DNA from: Octopus sinensis
Taxonomy: Eukaryota
Reading direction: 5' to 3'
Assembly (NCBI RefSeq): GCF_006345805.1
Contig: NC_042997.1
Span: 176,328,001 to 176,392,000 of the forward strand
DNA length: 64,000 bases
Part shown: one piece after another, positions 1 to 13,000 of the stretch
How the letters are laid out: every line of letters begins with the position of its first letter
How positions within the stretch are numbered: the first letter of the stretch is position 1
Made by a program: the position numbers and the translations under genes
Notes under the pieces: generated by a model
Database searches by the model: none
What the model was told of the DNA's origin: nothing
The model's input: the letters and a program-made list of their open reading frames with translations, nothing else

Positions 1-599
1 AAGTCTGTTACAAATTATTTTCTACACTTAAGCTTTGTTGTCTTTTAAAGAAAAATATTAACCTACAAAACATAACTGAGTGTTATACTGGGAATTTTTT
101 CAATCCATGATAAAAGAAGCAAGCTTCTAGGGAAGGGTATTTAATGTATGAAACAAAAGGCTAATTTATTCTCTGAAAATCTTTTTTCTTAGCTAAGGAT
201 AATATGACTGCCAACCACAAATACTGCTTCTTGAAATTTACTTGGCCATAGAATTACAAAGAATGTTGTGGTGGTCACTCAACATGTAAATATAAAAAAT
301 GCCTTTCGTAGTACAAATTCGATCAACAGCTTTACTTATTTGCTTAATGTTTGTTTTTCCATGTTAGCACAAGTTGGACAAATCAGTAAAAGCAGTATTT
401 TATAGTCAGATACTCTTCCTGTCACTAACACTTACCTGTTTTTCAAATGGATTTTTAAATATTTTCTTTTGAAAGCATAGCTGCAGGACAATTTATTAGC
501 AGAAAAAGTCAATGAACATTCACCATTTTCACTCAATGCTTTTCATACAAGGAATATGATCAAACACACATGCATGCTTATATATATGCGAAGACCAGT

Positions 600-1016
600 T
601 GAGGCAAGTGAAATCGAAGTCGAAATCAAATTCGGTGACTGGCATCCGTTGCTAGTGGAGCGCTAATAGTACCATACGAGTGAGATCGTTGCCAGAGCAA
701 CAACCTGGCCTCCGTGCCGATGGCACGTTAAGCACACCATTCAAGTGTGATCGTTACTGCGTCGCCTTACTAGCACTTGTGCTGGTGGCATGTGAAATAT
801 TCGAGCGAGGTCGTCGCCAGTGCCACTGGACTGGCTCCTGTGCAGGTGGCACGTAAAAAAGCACCATTTGGGTGTGGCCATTGCCAGTACCACCAAACTG
901 GCACGTAAAAGCACCCACTACACTCTCGGAGTGGTTGGCATTAAGAAGGGCATCCAGCTGTAGAAACTCTGCCAGATCAGATTGGAGTCTGGTTCACCAT
1001 CAGTTAAATTATGATG
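600..1016 (+). mobile_element. (GAT)n-tailed modular SINE (family A here), about 4 internal modules, 3' internal deletion
   Basis: Shares the ggttggc.ttag.aagggcatccagctgtagaaactctgcc core with many copies in the window. Confidence 0.85.
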
Positions 1017-1080
1017 ATATATATATTTGCTAATCACAACAAAAGCAGTATTAACTCAAAATAGCATTCTGTATATCTTA

Positions 1081-1576
1081 CTTAACTTGGATATACTGTA
1101 GAAAGCCAGAAATTGCAGTATTTGTCTTGAGAAAGAATCTCATGTAGATGTATAGTGCTAAACAGCACGGAAGTATATCAGTAAGCAGACACAAAGTGTC
1201 TAGCAGTGATGATGAAATTGCTAAATCTAGATTTCTTCCTCCTTGAGCATTATCGGTAGCAAATATCAACCACAATTTTAGCCTCTGCTGATAAAAAAAA
1301 ACTGACTGACAAACCACTGGTGTAGCAAATAGCCAGCAAGCTGGGTAAAAATTTGCTATATTTGTGATGTTAGTAATTTGTTCATCACTTTTTCTATATC
1401 AATTTACTGGCTAATGATACTCAAAGAGGCAGAAATCTAGATTTAGCACTTCCACTGCTGCTGGACACTTTGTGTCAGCTACTGATTATGCTTGTGCTTT
1501 TCAGCACTATATGTCTAGATGAGATGCTTTCTTGAGACAAATACCACAATTTTCTGGCTTATATATCCAGATTAAG
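1081..1576. mobile_element. Foldback MITE with about 190-bp inverted arms, flanked by TA
   Basis: 1081-~1270 is the reverse complement (with mismatches) of ~1390-1576; TA at 1079-1080 and 1577-1578. Confidence 0.8.
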
Positions 1577-1578
1577 TA

Positions 1579-1848
1579 GGTCGTTGCCAGTACCGCTGGA
1601 CTGGCTCCTGTGCAGGTGGCACATAAAAGCACCATTTGAGCATGGCCATTGCCAGTACCACCTGAGTGGCACGTAAAAGCACCTACTACACTCTTGGAGT
1701 GGTTGGTGTTAGGAAGGGCATCCAGCTGTAGAAACTCTGCCAGATCAGATTGGAGTCTGGTGCAGACATCTGGTTCGCCAGACCTCAGTCAAATTGTCCA
1801 ACCCATGCTAGCATGGAAAGTGGACGTTAAACGATGATGATGATGATG
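1579..1848 (+). mobile_element. Family A SINE, 2 modules
   Basis: Ends cccatgctagcatggaaagtggacgttaaac(gat)n. Confidence 0.9.
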
Positions 1849-2804
1849 TATGTTTATATATAAATACAATGGCTTCTACACAATTTCCATCTACCAATTT
1901 CACTACATAGCATTGGCTGGCCCAAGAACAAGTTAGTAACAAAACAAACCCTATATCCACACGTTCTGCCTGTGTCATCAACAAGCATCATTCATTCATT
2001 TTATGGTTGTTTTTCCATGCTAAAATGGGTTGTTGGAATATTAAAATTACCTTTTGATTTCTAAAACATATATTACTATTGAAATTACTAACACCTTAGT
2101 AAAGCTTTCAGTGAATTTCCTAATTAAATTGACCAATATAAATTTAGTAAGAAAATACTTAAATTGAAATCTCAACTGAAACACATATCTTTCTTCAAAT
2201 TCAAATTACGATGAACGTAAACAAACAAATGAAGTTTGCTTCAGAAGCGTTCAGATTGTTTCTTAGAAAGTTAAAGAAATGTTTTTTTAAATCTCAAACG
2301 CAGGTTGATGCTAATAATATGATAATATCAACTGTAGAAAGAAGCTGTCAATCAAAAAGGATGGTATAGACTATTAGAAATTAATCTAGTATAAACAAAA
2401 CAAAAAAATAATTAGAACTATACTTGGAAATCAAATAATTAAAATTGTCATATCACAAAAGACTATGTTTCAGGATTCGCTTGTGGATTTCATAGACAGA
2501 AATTGAAAGAAACCTTTTACTTGTTTCAGTCATTTGAAACAAGTAAAAGGTTTCACATTAGTCTCTTGGTCTAAGGGTAGACAGTTCATATCTATTACAG
2601 AGTTTAAGCTGTATCCACTGAGAAGTAGATGTGCATCATATCATGATACAACTTAACACTGTATGATTAGCTTACACTGCTGACTTCAAATACTGATATA
2701 GTTATATTTTGGATAGTAAATGGAACATTTCATAAGTACCACCACTGTCTAGTAGAAAAAGAAACACACACACCATTAGTTATTTTTATTATTAGCATTG
2801 AATT

Positions 2805-3058
2805 TACGTGCAGGTGGAACGTAAAAAAACACCATTTTCGAGCATGGCCATTGCCAGTACCACCTAACTGGCCCTCATGCTGGTGGCACGTTAAAGCATC
2901 CACTACACTCGGAGTGGTTGGCATTAGGAAGGGCATCCAGCTGTAGAAACTCTATGAGATCAGACTGGGGCCTGGCGCAGCCATCTGGTTCGCCAGTCCT
3001 CAGTCAAATCATCCAACCCATGCTAGCATGGAAAGCAGATGTTAAACGATGATGATGA
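2805..3058 (+). mobile_element. Family A SINE, 2 modules
   Basis: Same body and (gat)n tail. Confidence 0.9.
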
Positions 3059-3372
3059 TTGAATTTATTGTGTGACATACTTAATATCTGTTAATTTACC
3101 TCCAGGCTTTGCTTTAAGCTAGGCCTAAAAATAGATAGTTTCTCTCTACAGGAAAATAAAGAAACTGAACATAAAAGAATATCAAGAAATGAGGGACCAT
3201 TTATATCATTGCTCAGTCTGCTATGGACATGTCGGATAGTTTAGTTTTCAATGCACTATATTGTCTAGAAAAAAAAAAGATGGTCATGACTGAAATGCTT
3301 TTGATCACAGTTCTAGTGGATCAGAGCTTACCTAGGGTTGAAGAAAAACTGAAGTGAATAAAAATAACATAC

Positions 3373-3487
3373 CTGCAACGGATTTTGCTCTTATGAGCCA
3401 CTGCATCATTGAATAAATAGGTACATTTATAACCCAGTCTGTAATCGATGTGACAAAAGTATGGAATAGAAGAATAACTAGATGGAG
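3373..3487 (-). CDS. PIGQ: PIGQ exon 9 (115 nt)
   Basis: [39 protein letters not shown]; acceptor tattcttcag, donor CAG|GTATGT. Confidence 0.88.
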
Positions 3488-6400
3488 CTGAAGAATAAAA
3501 AATTTATGAGACAGTCTTAGAGATTTAATAAAACAAAGGATATACATTTTTTTTTAGGCATGGTTGTGTGGTTAAGAAGTTTGGCTTCCCAACTTTGTGG
3601 TTTTAGATTCAATTACACTGTGTAGTACCTTGGGCAAATGTCTGACAACAGCCCTAAGCCAACCAAGCCTTGGAAGTGCAGTCAGCTTGTTTGCTTCACT
3701 CTTTAGCTTTCAAATTAATCTGTCACATGTAATGCTTATTTGTTCACATTGTTTCAAATTAATCATGCATTAACATTCCATTTCTTGCCACAAAACAGAC
3801 ATCAAAGAGATGAAAGAGTGTAGACTTAGAAATAATAAAACCTGAACCCCAAAAAATTAAATTGGAAATTTCATTGAAATATTAATGCTTTTAAGATTTC
3901 AGTGATAGAATGACATTGTAGGGTAGGTGTGAGAGGCAAGATTTAGCCAGTTTGAACATGCAGTAGAGAGAAATATTTGAGCCTGATATGGCTGGTTTAA
4001 ACGTTAAAGGGCTCCTGCCAGAGCAAAGATATATATACAATGCATGTGTAAATGAGCTTACATGTAAAATGAAGGGGATCCTGTTCATGTGCTTATAATG
4101 TGAAGGTTTATTGCCACAGGAGGACTGAGTACAAGTCTTGATGATTACAAAGCAAACTTTTTAACCAACTGGCCATGGCTACACTATGTTGTGAGATAGG
4201 CACACATACAAACACATGGTTGTCTTGCAAGAGTGAATGATTTCAATGAGAAATCATCATCATCATTGTTTAACGTCCACTTTCCATGCTAGCATGGGTT
4301 GGACGGTTCAACTGGGTTCTGGGAAGCCCGAAGGCTGCACCAGGCCAGTTAGATCTGGCAGTGTTTCTACAGCTGGATGCCCTTCCTAACGCCAACCACT
4401 CCGTGAGTGTAGTGGGTGCTTTTTACGTACCACCGACACAGGTTCCAGACAAGGCTGGCGAACGGCCATGCTTGGATGGTGCTTTTTACGTGCCACCGGC
4501 ACGGAAGCCAGGCGAGGCTGACAATGGCCACGATCAGATGGTGTTTGTTACGTGCCGCCGGCACGGGGGCCAGTCAATGCGGTGCTGGCTACGGCCACGT
4601 TCAGATGGTTCTCTTACGTGCCACTGGCATTGGTATCACAACTACAAATTCCATTGATGTTGATGGATTTCGATTTTGATTTGATTTTTGATTTTCAAAT
4701 CAAAATTGAAATCGATCAACATCAACGGAATTTGTAAAGAAAAATAAGTGCTCACTTACCAGAGTGAAAAGACTGTAATACACCGCTGTAGTTGGCAATA
4801 AAAACAAAAGTACTGTGAAAAACAGGGTCCCAACAAATAGATGATCAATATCATTTGATGCTGTATCTAATCTGTGACGGAGAACATTCCATTTTTTGCC
4901 ACAAAACAGACGCCAAAGAGATGAAAGAGTGTAGACTTGGAAATAATAAAACCTGAACAAAAAAAAAATTAAATTGGAAATTTCATTGAAATATTAATTT
5001 GAAAATTTGAATTTTCATTCATTCATTTAATATCTTACTAGCAAGATTTTTATGTTGAGATACTATTCTTGTCACTAACCCTCATCTGTTTTACATGTAA
5101 AAGTTTGTTTTTTCCCCATGAATCTTCAGAAATGCAGAATAACCAATCATAATGTCAACAAGGCATATAAACGTCATCACCATTTTTCTCAAATGGTGAC
5201 AAGCAAAGTATAAACATTTGCACAAACATACACATGTATATATGTATGTAAGAAGCCTGTCACGTGTGTGTGTCTGTGTTTGTTCCCCACCACCACTTGA
5301 CAAATGGTGTTGGTGTGTTTACATCCCCATAACCAAGCAGTTATAGAATAAGTACCAGGCTAAAAAAAGAGGACTGGGGTTGATTCATTAGATTAAAAGT
5401 TATTGGCAGTGCCCCAACATAGTTGTTGTCTAATGACTGAAATAAGTAAAAGATAAAAGATAGATATATAGGCACACATATATATGAGCCAACTCTATTA
5501 CATGACTTTTAGAGGGCCCCTTCAACTTTTTGTTTCAAGGCCCCATCCCTTCATACAAAATTCATAATTTATGCACCTTTTATTCATAGCTATATTTTAC
5601 TTTATTTTATCTGAAGTTCAATATTTCACATAACCCTAAAGAACATCTTTAAAAGTACAACCAGTTAAATTTATTTAGGTCTATTACAAATTTCAGTAAG
5701 TAAAACTTCCAGATACGAATAAAAAAGCACTTTTATAATCCAGACAACTTTCACAGCACACTTTTCACTTCACAAGATCATTAATCAGTTCAGAATAATC
5801 ATACTGAGAGTTAAGTTCATGTACAACAGATATCATAGATAATCTACAAAGTCTGGTACACATTCATAGTACAATGTAATATTTTTACAAGAACTTTTGC
5901 AGGTACAGTGTATTACCATTATATTTCTTGAAATTTTCAGTTAACACAGATAGTTTAATTCTTGTTTGATATCTTAACAAAAGTAAATAGATGACTAATC
6001 TACATACTTTGATCTTAACATGAGGCCCCTCAACCGCAGAGGCCCCCTGTGACCACAGGGGTTGCAGGGGCTTAGCGATGGCCCTGATATGAGCTTCCTG
6101 CTGTTTCTGTTTACTAAATTCTTTCATAAGACATCAATCAGCCCTGACAGAACTTTGGTAGAAGACACTCGCCTAAGGTGCCCCATTCCACACCCAACCC
6201 ATCCTTATTGTTTTTTCCTGCAGTAGAAAATTTACCTCAATAAACCTCATCCAACCGTTCATGCATGTTAAAATTGATGCTAATATGATGAGAATGAACC
6301 ACCTTGCACTTCTCAGGAATTAAATATTTAGTTCAATAAGAAAGCCAAATTTATTTTTTTAAACATATTCCAATTAAATGCTATTGATTATAAAGTAATT

Positions 6401-7056
6401 AAATTAAAAAGCTAACAGCAATTTCAATCAAAATGAGTATTCGACTTACCGTGAAGCAAAAACATAGAAACAATATATATGAAGCGCCATTAAAGATACA
6501 ATATCTTGGAGAAGGCTAAGTTGCAAAGAGAAACCAAAGATCCCCGAAAACAAAGAGCACTGAAGAAACGTGGCAAGAATTGGTTCAAGAATTACTGTCA
6601 AATATGCTGCAAAAAGAATACACCAATAATTAGAATTAAGTAAATATGTAACAAAAGATAAAATATGGTTCAAACATGAACCAGAAACTATTTCAAATAT
6701 TAGAATTTCTTCAGTAAAGTAAAAACAAAATGGTGTGTATAAATAAATAAATATATATATATATCTCACCGTGACCGACCAGGCTATCAGATGTTGCTAC
6801 ACATCGCTGGTCACAATGAGCTTCGCATTGTTTTAGCCTTCAAATGACGCCACCCCACTGGCTAAGCGAGCAGGCCAACAGAAGAAAGATGTGGCAAAAG
6901 AATACAGCAGGGATCGCCACCACCCCCTGCCAGAGCCTCGAGGAGCTTTAGGTGTTTTCGCTCAATAAACACTCACAACGCCACCCAGTTTGGGAATCGA
7001 AACCATGATCCTACGACCGCGAGACCACTGCCCTAACCCCTGGGCCATTGCACCTC

Positions 7057-7091
<35 letters not shown>

Positions 7092-10000
7092 TTGTTATAC
7101 TTGGGAATGGTCACATTTTGCCAATTAAACACATGCACTATATACTTGGTTTTCATATCAACTTCGTTATTATTTTCATTTTAGGGTCCTTTGTCTGAAA
7201 TCTTTCATCACACATCTTCAGCGCAGTGACTCTCTATCTCCTATATGGGGCTGAGAGTGACTGAAGAGGTCACAAGATGTGTGAGAAAGAGCTTTGACAA
7301 AGAAACTAAAATAATAATAATAAAGCTGAAGTGAAGACCAAATATATAGTGCATGTGTTTAAATGGCAAAATATGACCATCCCCAAGTATAGGAATTTTT
7401 GTTTCAACACACGATTTCACATTAAGAAATTTGCAAAACAAATACAAAAATGTGTGTGTGTATATATATATATATATTTTTATATAAATTTATAAATAAG
7501 GATAATATCGATATCGATATTATCAAGTGGCCAGCATGGGAAAAATATCATACAAAGGTAATAATTTTTTTTACAACTAAAAATATGGGTGTCTGAGAGA
7601 CACCTCCATACCGAAATAGCAGTCAAATCCCTGACTCAAAAACCACGTTAAATGTTCATATCATTAGTTATATATATATATATGTGTGTGTGTGTGTATG
7701 TATGTATATAAAAACATACACATAATGGGCTTCTTTCAGTTTCTGTCCACCAAATCCACTCACAAGGCTTTGGTCAGCCTGAGGCTATAGTAGAAGACAC
7801 TTGCTGAAGGTACCATGCAGTAGGTCTGAATCCAGAACCATGTGGTTGGGGAGGAAGCTTCTCGCCACACAGCCACTCCTGTGCCTATATATATATATTG
7901 TGTGAGTGAGTGGGTGAGTCTCCTTGTCTTCACATCGTATGATGATTGTCACTATCATACAAGCAGTGTCATTCATTTTTAATAATTCTACGAGAACAGA
8001 CCTGGCCATGGAGAAATATTGCTTTGAGGGTTGGTGACAGGAAGAGCATCCAGCCATAGAAAAACTGCCTTAGTAAACTCTGACCCATGCAAGCATGGAA
8101 AATTAGACGTTAAAATGATATTTTGCTTCCATCAAAAATGAAACTAAAAATATACTTTATTACTTACTAGTCCATACATAAATGTTGTACTTGAAAAACG
8201 ATCCCAAGAACCCATTAAGCTGTGAGTTAAGCTTGAGACCAGCAGGTGAGCCCATCAACCATTGCAGGATGCTTGACAAACTTATTACAGTGGTCTACAA
8301 ATAAGAAATTCATAGAAGACATTTTAATTCAAATAGACAGAAAATTAAATATGTAATTTCGTTTTTGGATTTGGTTTGCAAGGTTCTTTATATGAGTATG
8401 TGTGTTGAAGCATATTCTGTTGTGTCTGGGGCAAGTCATTTTCTTTTTGTGCCTTATAATGTAGAGTCAAGACTATTGAAAAGGTTGCAAGACGCAATGA
8501 AAATTTTTAGAAAATAAAAATAAGAAATAAGTGGAAATTTTACTGGTGAGTGTGTTACATTATAAGGTACAAAAAAAAAATTACTCTCCGCAGACACAAC
8601 TAAATATGTAATAATAAATTAAAATTTTTTAAATATGCATGGCTTTGTGGTTTAGTAGCTTGCTTTGCTACCACATAATTCCAGTTCAATCATAATGAGC
8701 AACAACTTGGCTAAGTGTCTTTACCATAGTCTTAGACTTACCTTGTGAGTAATGTTCCCCCTTCTAAGCTGTGAACTTGTGCATGTGCACATGTTTAACA
8801 ACTAGGAAGGGAAAAGAATGTGTATTTACATTACTTACAAGCTTTTAAAGATGAAACCAAATTTGTTTAATGGAAGGAATTTGAGTGATGCTTATTTGCA
8901 TGAATGCGCATGCACTTTGTAAAGAAAGAAAATTTGCATACAATGTAGATTTCTGCATTCCTTCATAGCAACAAATTAGAAGGAACATTTGAACTTAGAA
9001 TTCTGATATAGTAATGCAGCTTGTTCATTATTTGAGCCAATTAGTGAGTCTTAAGGTGGTTATTTAATTTACAAGAAATATCAGCAATATTTCTCTTAAA
9101 CAACACTACCATCTTAAAGGGTGACATACTAGATAATAATGTCATAGATTTTCTAGGTGTGTATAAATTAATGTTTAGTTTAAGTAATACACATTTTATG
9201 ATCAATTCATCATCATAATTTGGTCTGGATGGTTTGACAGGAGCTGGCAAGCCACAAGATTGCACCAAGCTCCAATGTTTGCTTTGGCAAAATTTCAATA
9301 TTTAGAAAGATCATTGTGGTGAGCACTGTCATACAAGAGTTAAGTTTCAGGTGAGCCAAATCCACAATGAGATTTTTATACTTATTGAAATGATTTCACT
9401 TTGCTTAGAAAGTTACAGGAAACTCGTAAACATTTCATGTTTCCTGTCTCCTCCCCTAAAAATATAGGGCTTTAAATCTAGTCAAATCAATAATTAGGAT
9501 TATTGTTGTTTAGCCCAAACTGTTTTCCAGTAGTTTATTACAAGTTTAAATAACATTTAATAATACTTTCAAATTTTTAGCACAATGCCAGCAATTTTAG
9601 GGAATTGGATGAGTCAATTACATCAACTCCAGTCTTCAACAGTAACTTATTTCACTGATCCCAAAAAGATGAAAGGCAAAGTCAACCTCAGCAAAATTTG
9701 AACTCAGAACTTAAAGTACCAGAAGAAATACAACTAAGCATTCCATCTGATATGCTAAAATTCTGCCAGCTCACTGCCTTAAAAAACATATTTTTTTTTA
9801 ATAACAATAATAATAATAATAATAAACACTTTCCATACAGAAACCATCAGAGCACCACAACAAATCACAGCACATACCCAAGGCACACAGAGCTGCGCTC
9901 GGTAGTGAAGTGAAAGCACGCTATAAAAATAAAACTACTGAATGATGATAATAATAATAATAATAATAATAAATAATAATAATAATAATAAATAATAATA

Positions 10001-13000
10001 ATAAAATAATAATAATAATAATAATTAGGACTGAAAGCAACAATAGTCATAGAAATAAATTACAAGATAGAATTTTCATTTTCTTACATAGATAAGTTTT
10101 TAAGAGAAAAGTTCTAAGATACCTTTGTCCAGTATAGGATAAGAGAGGCAATATCTTGCGGTGATGTCAGCGAAGACAGTAAAAATAAGCATAAAATTCC
10201 TAATAACGAATCCATAATCTGACGATATCCAAGATCCAAGTAACTGAAAATTAGAGAAAAAAAAGTTAACCCTTTCTGGACTATCCATACAAATTTATGG
10301 CCTTGTTAAATTAGAAAAAACTACTATATATTCATATTTTAAAAAAATCAACAACAATATAATTTTTTTTTTTTTCACTATACTTTACAAGTATCTTAGA
10401 ACTTTTCTCAATTAAAAACCATCTGTAACAAAATGACAATTTATCTTGGTAATTTATTTCTATTACATTGTTGATAAAAGTGAACGAATCCATAATCTGA
10501 CGATATCCAAGATCCAAGTAACTGAAAATTAGAGAAAAAAAAGTTAACTATTTCTGTTACTACATCCATACAAATTTATGGCCTTGTACTAAAATTAGAA
10601 ATAACTACTATATAATTCATATTTATAAAAATAATCAACAGTTAATAAATTTTTTTTTTTTGTCACTTGAGAAAGTTTATCAATTTGTAAAGAAGAGCGT
10701 TGTCAATTGAATTTACAAACCATCATGGTATACAATACTGGTACTTTAATTTATCAACACAGAACAGATAAAATGTGAAAATATTTGAAATAAAGGATAA
10801 AGCTTAAGACAAGACTTACCATATTTGACAGCTTATAAGATGCACTTTCACCCACCCCACAAAAGATGTTTCAAAAAAATGACTCCAGGTATTTTTATGC
10901 TACATAGGGCTTATATTGCATGTTTTAATGTTTTAAAAACATTTTTCCCGACTATGCACTGTTGAAATTGGTTGCATCTAACATGCCTGTGCATTTTTTA
11001 TGCTATTAAATACAATAATCTTTTCTTTATTTTACCAACAAAATTATTATTTCATAGATTATACTAGTAAAACAGAAAATTCAACTACTTTCACCAGGCA
11101 GATATAAACATAGCTGAATACATGTACTGTTACAATGTAATACAAAAGTAATGTAAAGCATTGGTATTCAGCACTGCTCAGTCATTGTTCCTCATTTCTG
11201 AATGACTAGATACATAAAAGAAGTATAAAGTGTTACAATTGTATAAAGTCGGAGACTTAATGCTGGAGGTCAACTCTTATAATTGTTGTTGGTGGTGATA
11301 TCAGTATTCACTAGAAATTACAAAACATCGTAAGGGTTTGATAAACCTCTAAATGCCCTAGATACAGAATTCAACAAGAGGATTTTTTTTTTTAATATTC
11401 AATCATTATAGCATTCAATTTTACAAAATTCATATCATTGAAGTAAAAAGACAAATATCAACAAACCAGAGTTTTTTCAGAGGTGACTTTTCATCTTTCT
11501 TTGTCTGCAATTCAATCTGAGAATGTTTCATTTTCATAACTCGTGCAAATGCAGAAGTAAACAAAACTTTATCAATATATTTATTGGTATTCCTATAAAC
11601 ATAAAAAAAAAGGGCAAAATAGAAGTTACAGGACTATATTTTTTGTAGATCAGTTATTTAAATAGAGTAGTATGGTTTATTCTTAACTGTTAAATCTATC
11701 TTTTTGTGCTTCCTTCTAAACTATATTTTGATTAATATATTCAGTGAATGTTCTTCAGATGCCTTATTACATGTATGCATGCATGATTTGACCTTTGCCT
11801 GTCCTATGTATCATATGTGATACACAGGACATATTTCACTGGCATCTATGCATCATGTACGATACACATTCCCAATTTTTTTCAACCACAAAAGTAACTT
11901 GGGTCTTATGGAAGGAAAGTTTTATATTACTCAGAACATATGAAACAAAGGCTATAGAAAAGCCTGTAAACAAGCATGGATGTTTAAGACAAACCTATGG
12001 AAATACTTTGTACAGGAAAATGGTTAAAACAGGCTTTGAAATCAGAACTTGCATTTAAAAGTTCTGGATTCAAACTTTGTCTTGGGTACTGATCCTATAC
12101 AAGCAGAACTTCATCATCATCATCATTTAATATCCGTTTTCCATGTTGGCATAGATTGGACGATTTGACTGAGGACTGGTAAGCCAGTAGGCTGCACCAG
12201 GCTCCAATCTGATCTGACAAGGTTTCTATAGCTGGATGTCCTTCCTAACGTCAACCACTTTGAGAGTGTAGTGGGTGCTTTTTACGTGCCACTGGCAAAG
12301 GAACCAGTCAGGAGGCACTGGCATCAGCCATGTTCAGATGGTGCTTTTTATGTGCCACCAGCACAGGAGCCAGTCGGGGGCACTGGCATCGACCACGTTT
12401 GGAAGGTGCTTTTTACATGCCAAGTTAAATGTTATTCTTTTACTTGTTTCAGTCACTGGACTGGGACATTGTTTTCAAGGGTTTCGTTGAACAATTCAAT
12501 CCCAGTACTATTTTTTTTAAAGTCTGATACTTTATTTCATCCATCTCTTTTTTGCCAAACCAGTAAGTTACAGGGATGTAAACAAAAAATATTGGTTGTT
12601 AAGCAATAGAGTGGGAGAACACAAACACAGACACTCACACACACATCATCATCATCATTTCATATCTATTTTCCATGCAGGCAATGGGTTGCCATGGTCA
12701 GAGTTAGAATGCATAAGGAGGTACATCACATCTAAAGGGGCCAAAGCAGTTGGGGAAAGGTCATCTTCCTTGCATTTCATTTTTAGCTTGCTTTTTATAG
12801 CTGGGTACCCTTCCTAATAACAATACAGGATATATTGGATGTGTTTTTTGTGACACCAGCACTAGACATAGGAATAGGGGAGGGAAAGACCCATGTCCAT
12901 GACACAACTAAATGAACCTCACAACCCCCACATCTCTGCTCATTCAGTAGCCTCTTCACAGAGTGAGAGTTAGCAATAGGAGCATGAATGACATGAGAGG

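Noticed and set aside
4400-4640. Regularly spaced palindromic units resembling a CRISPR or REP array
   Set aside because: The units are internal modules of a dispersed SINE. The spacers are homologous to each other, there are no cas genes, and the context is eukaryotic.
10115-10122. U12-type donor (GTATCTTA)
   Set aside because: Deviates from GTATCCTT, and there is no TCCTTAAC branch site before the 8295 acceptor.
10817-11010. Extra PIGQ exon suggested by a G|GTAAGT donor at about 10820
   Set aside because: The motif is part of a decayed MITE terminal repeat (taccatatt...taagatgcac / gtgcatt...aaatac), and exons 4 and 5 already join in frame.
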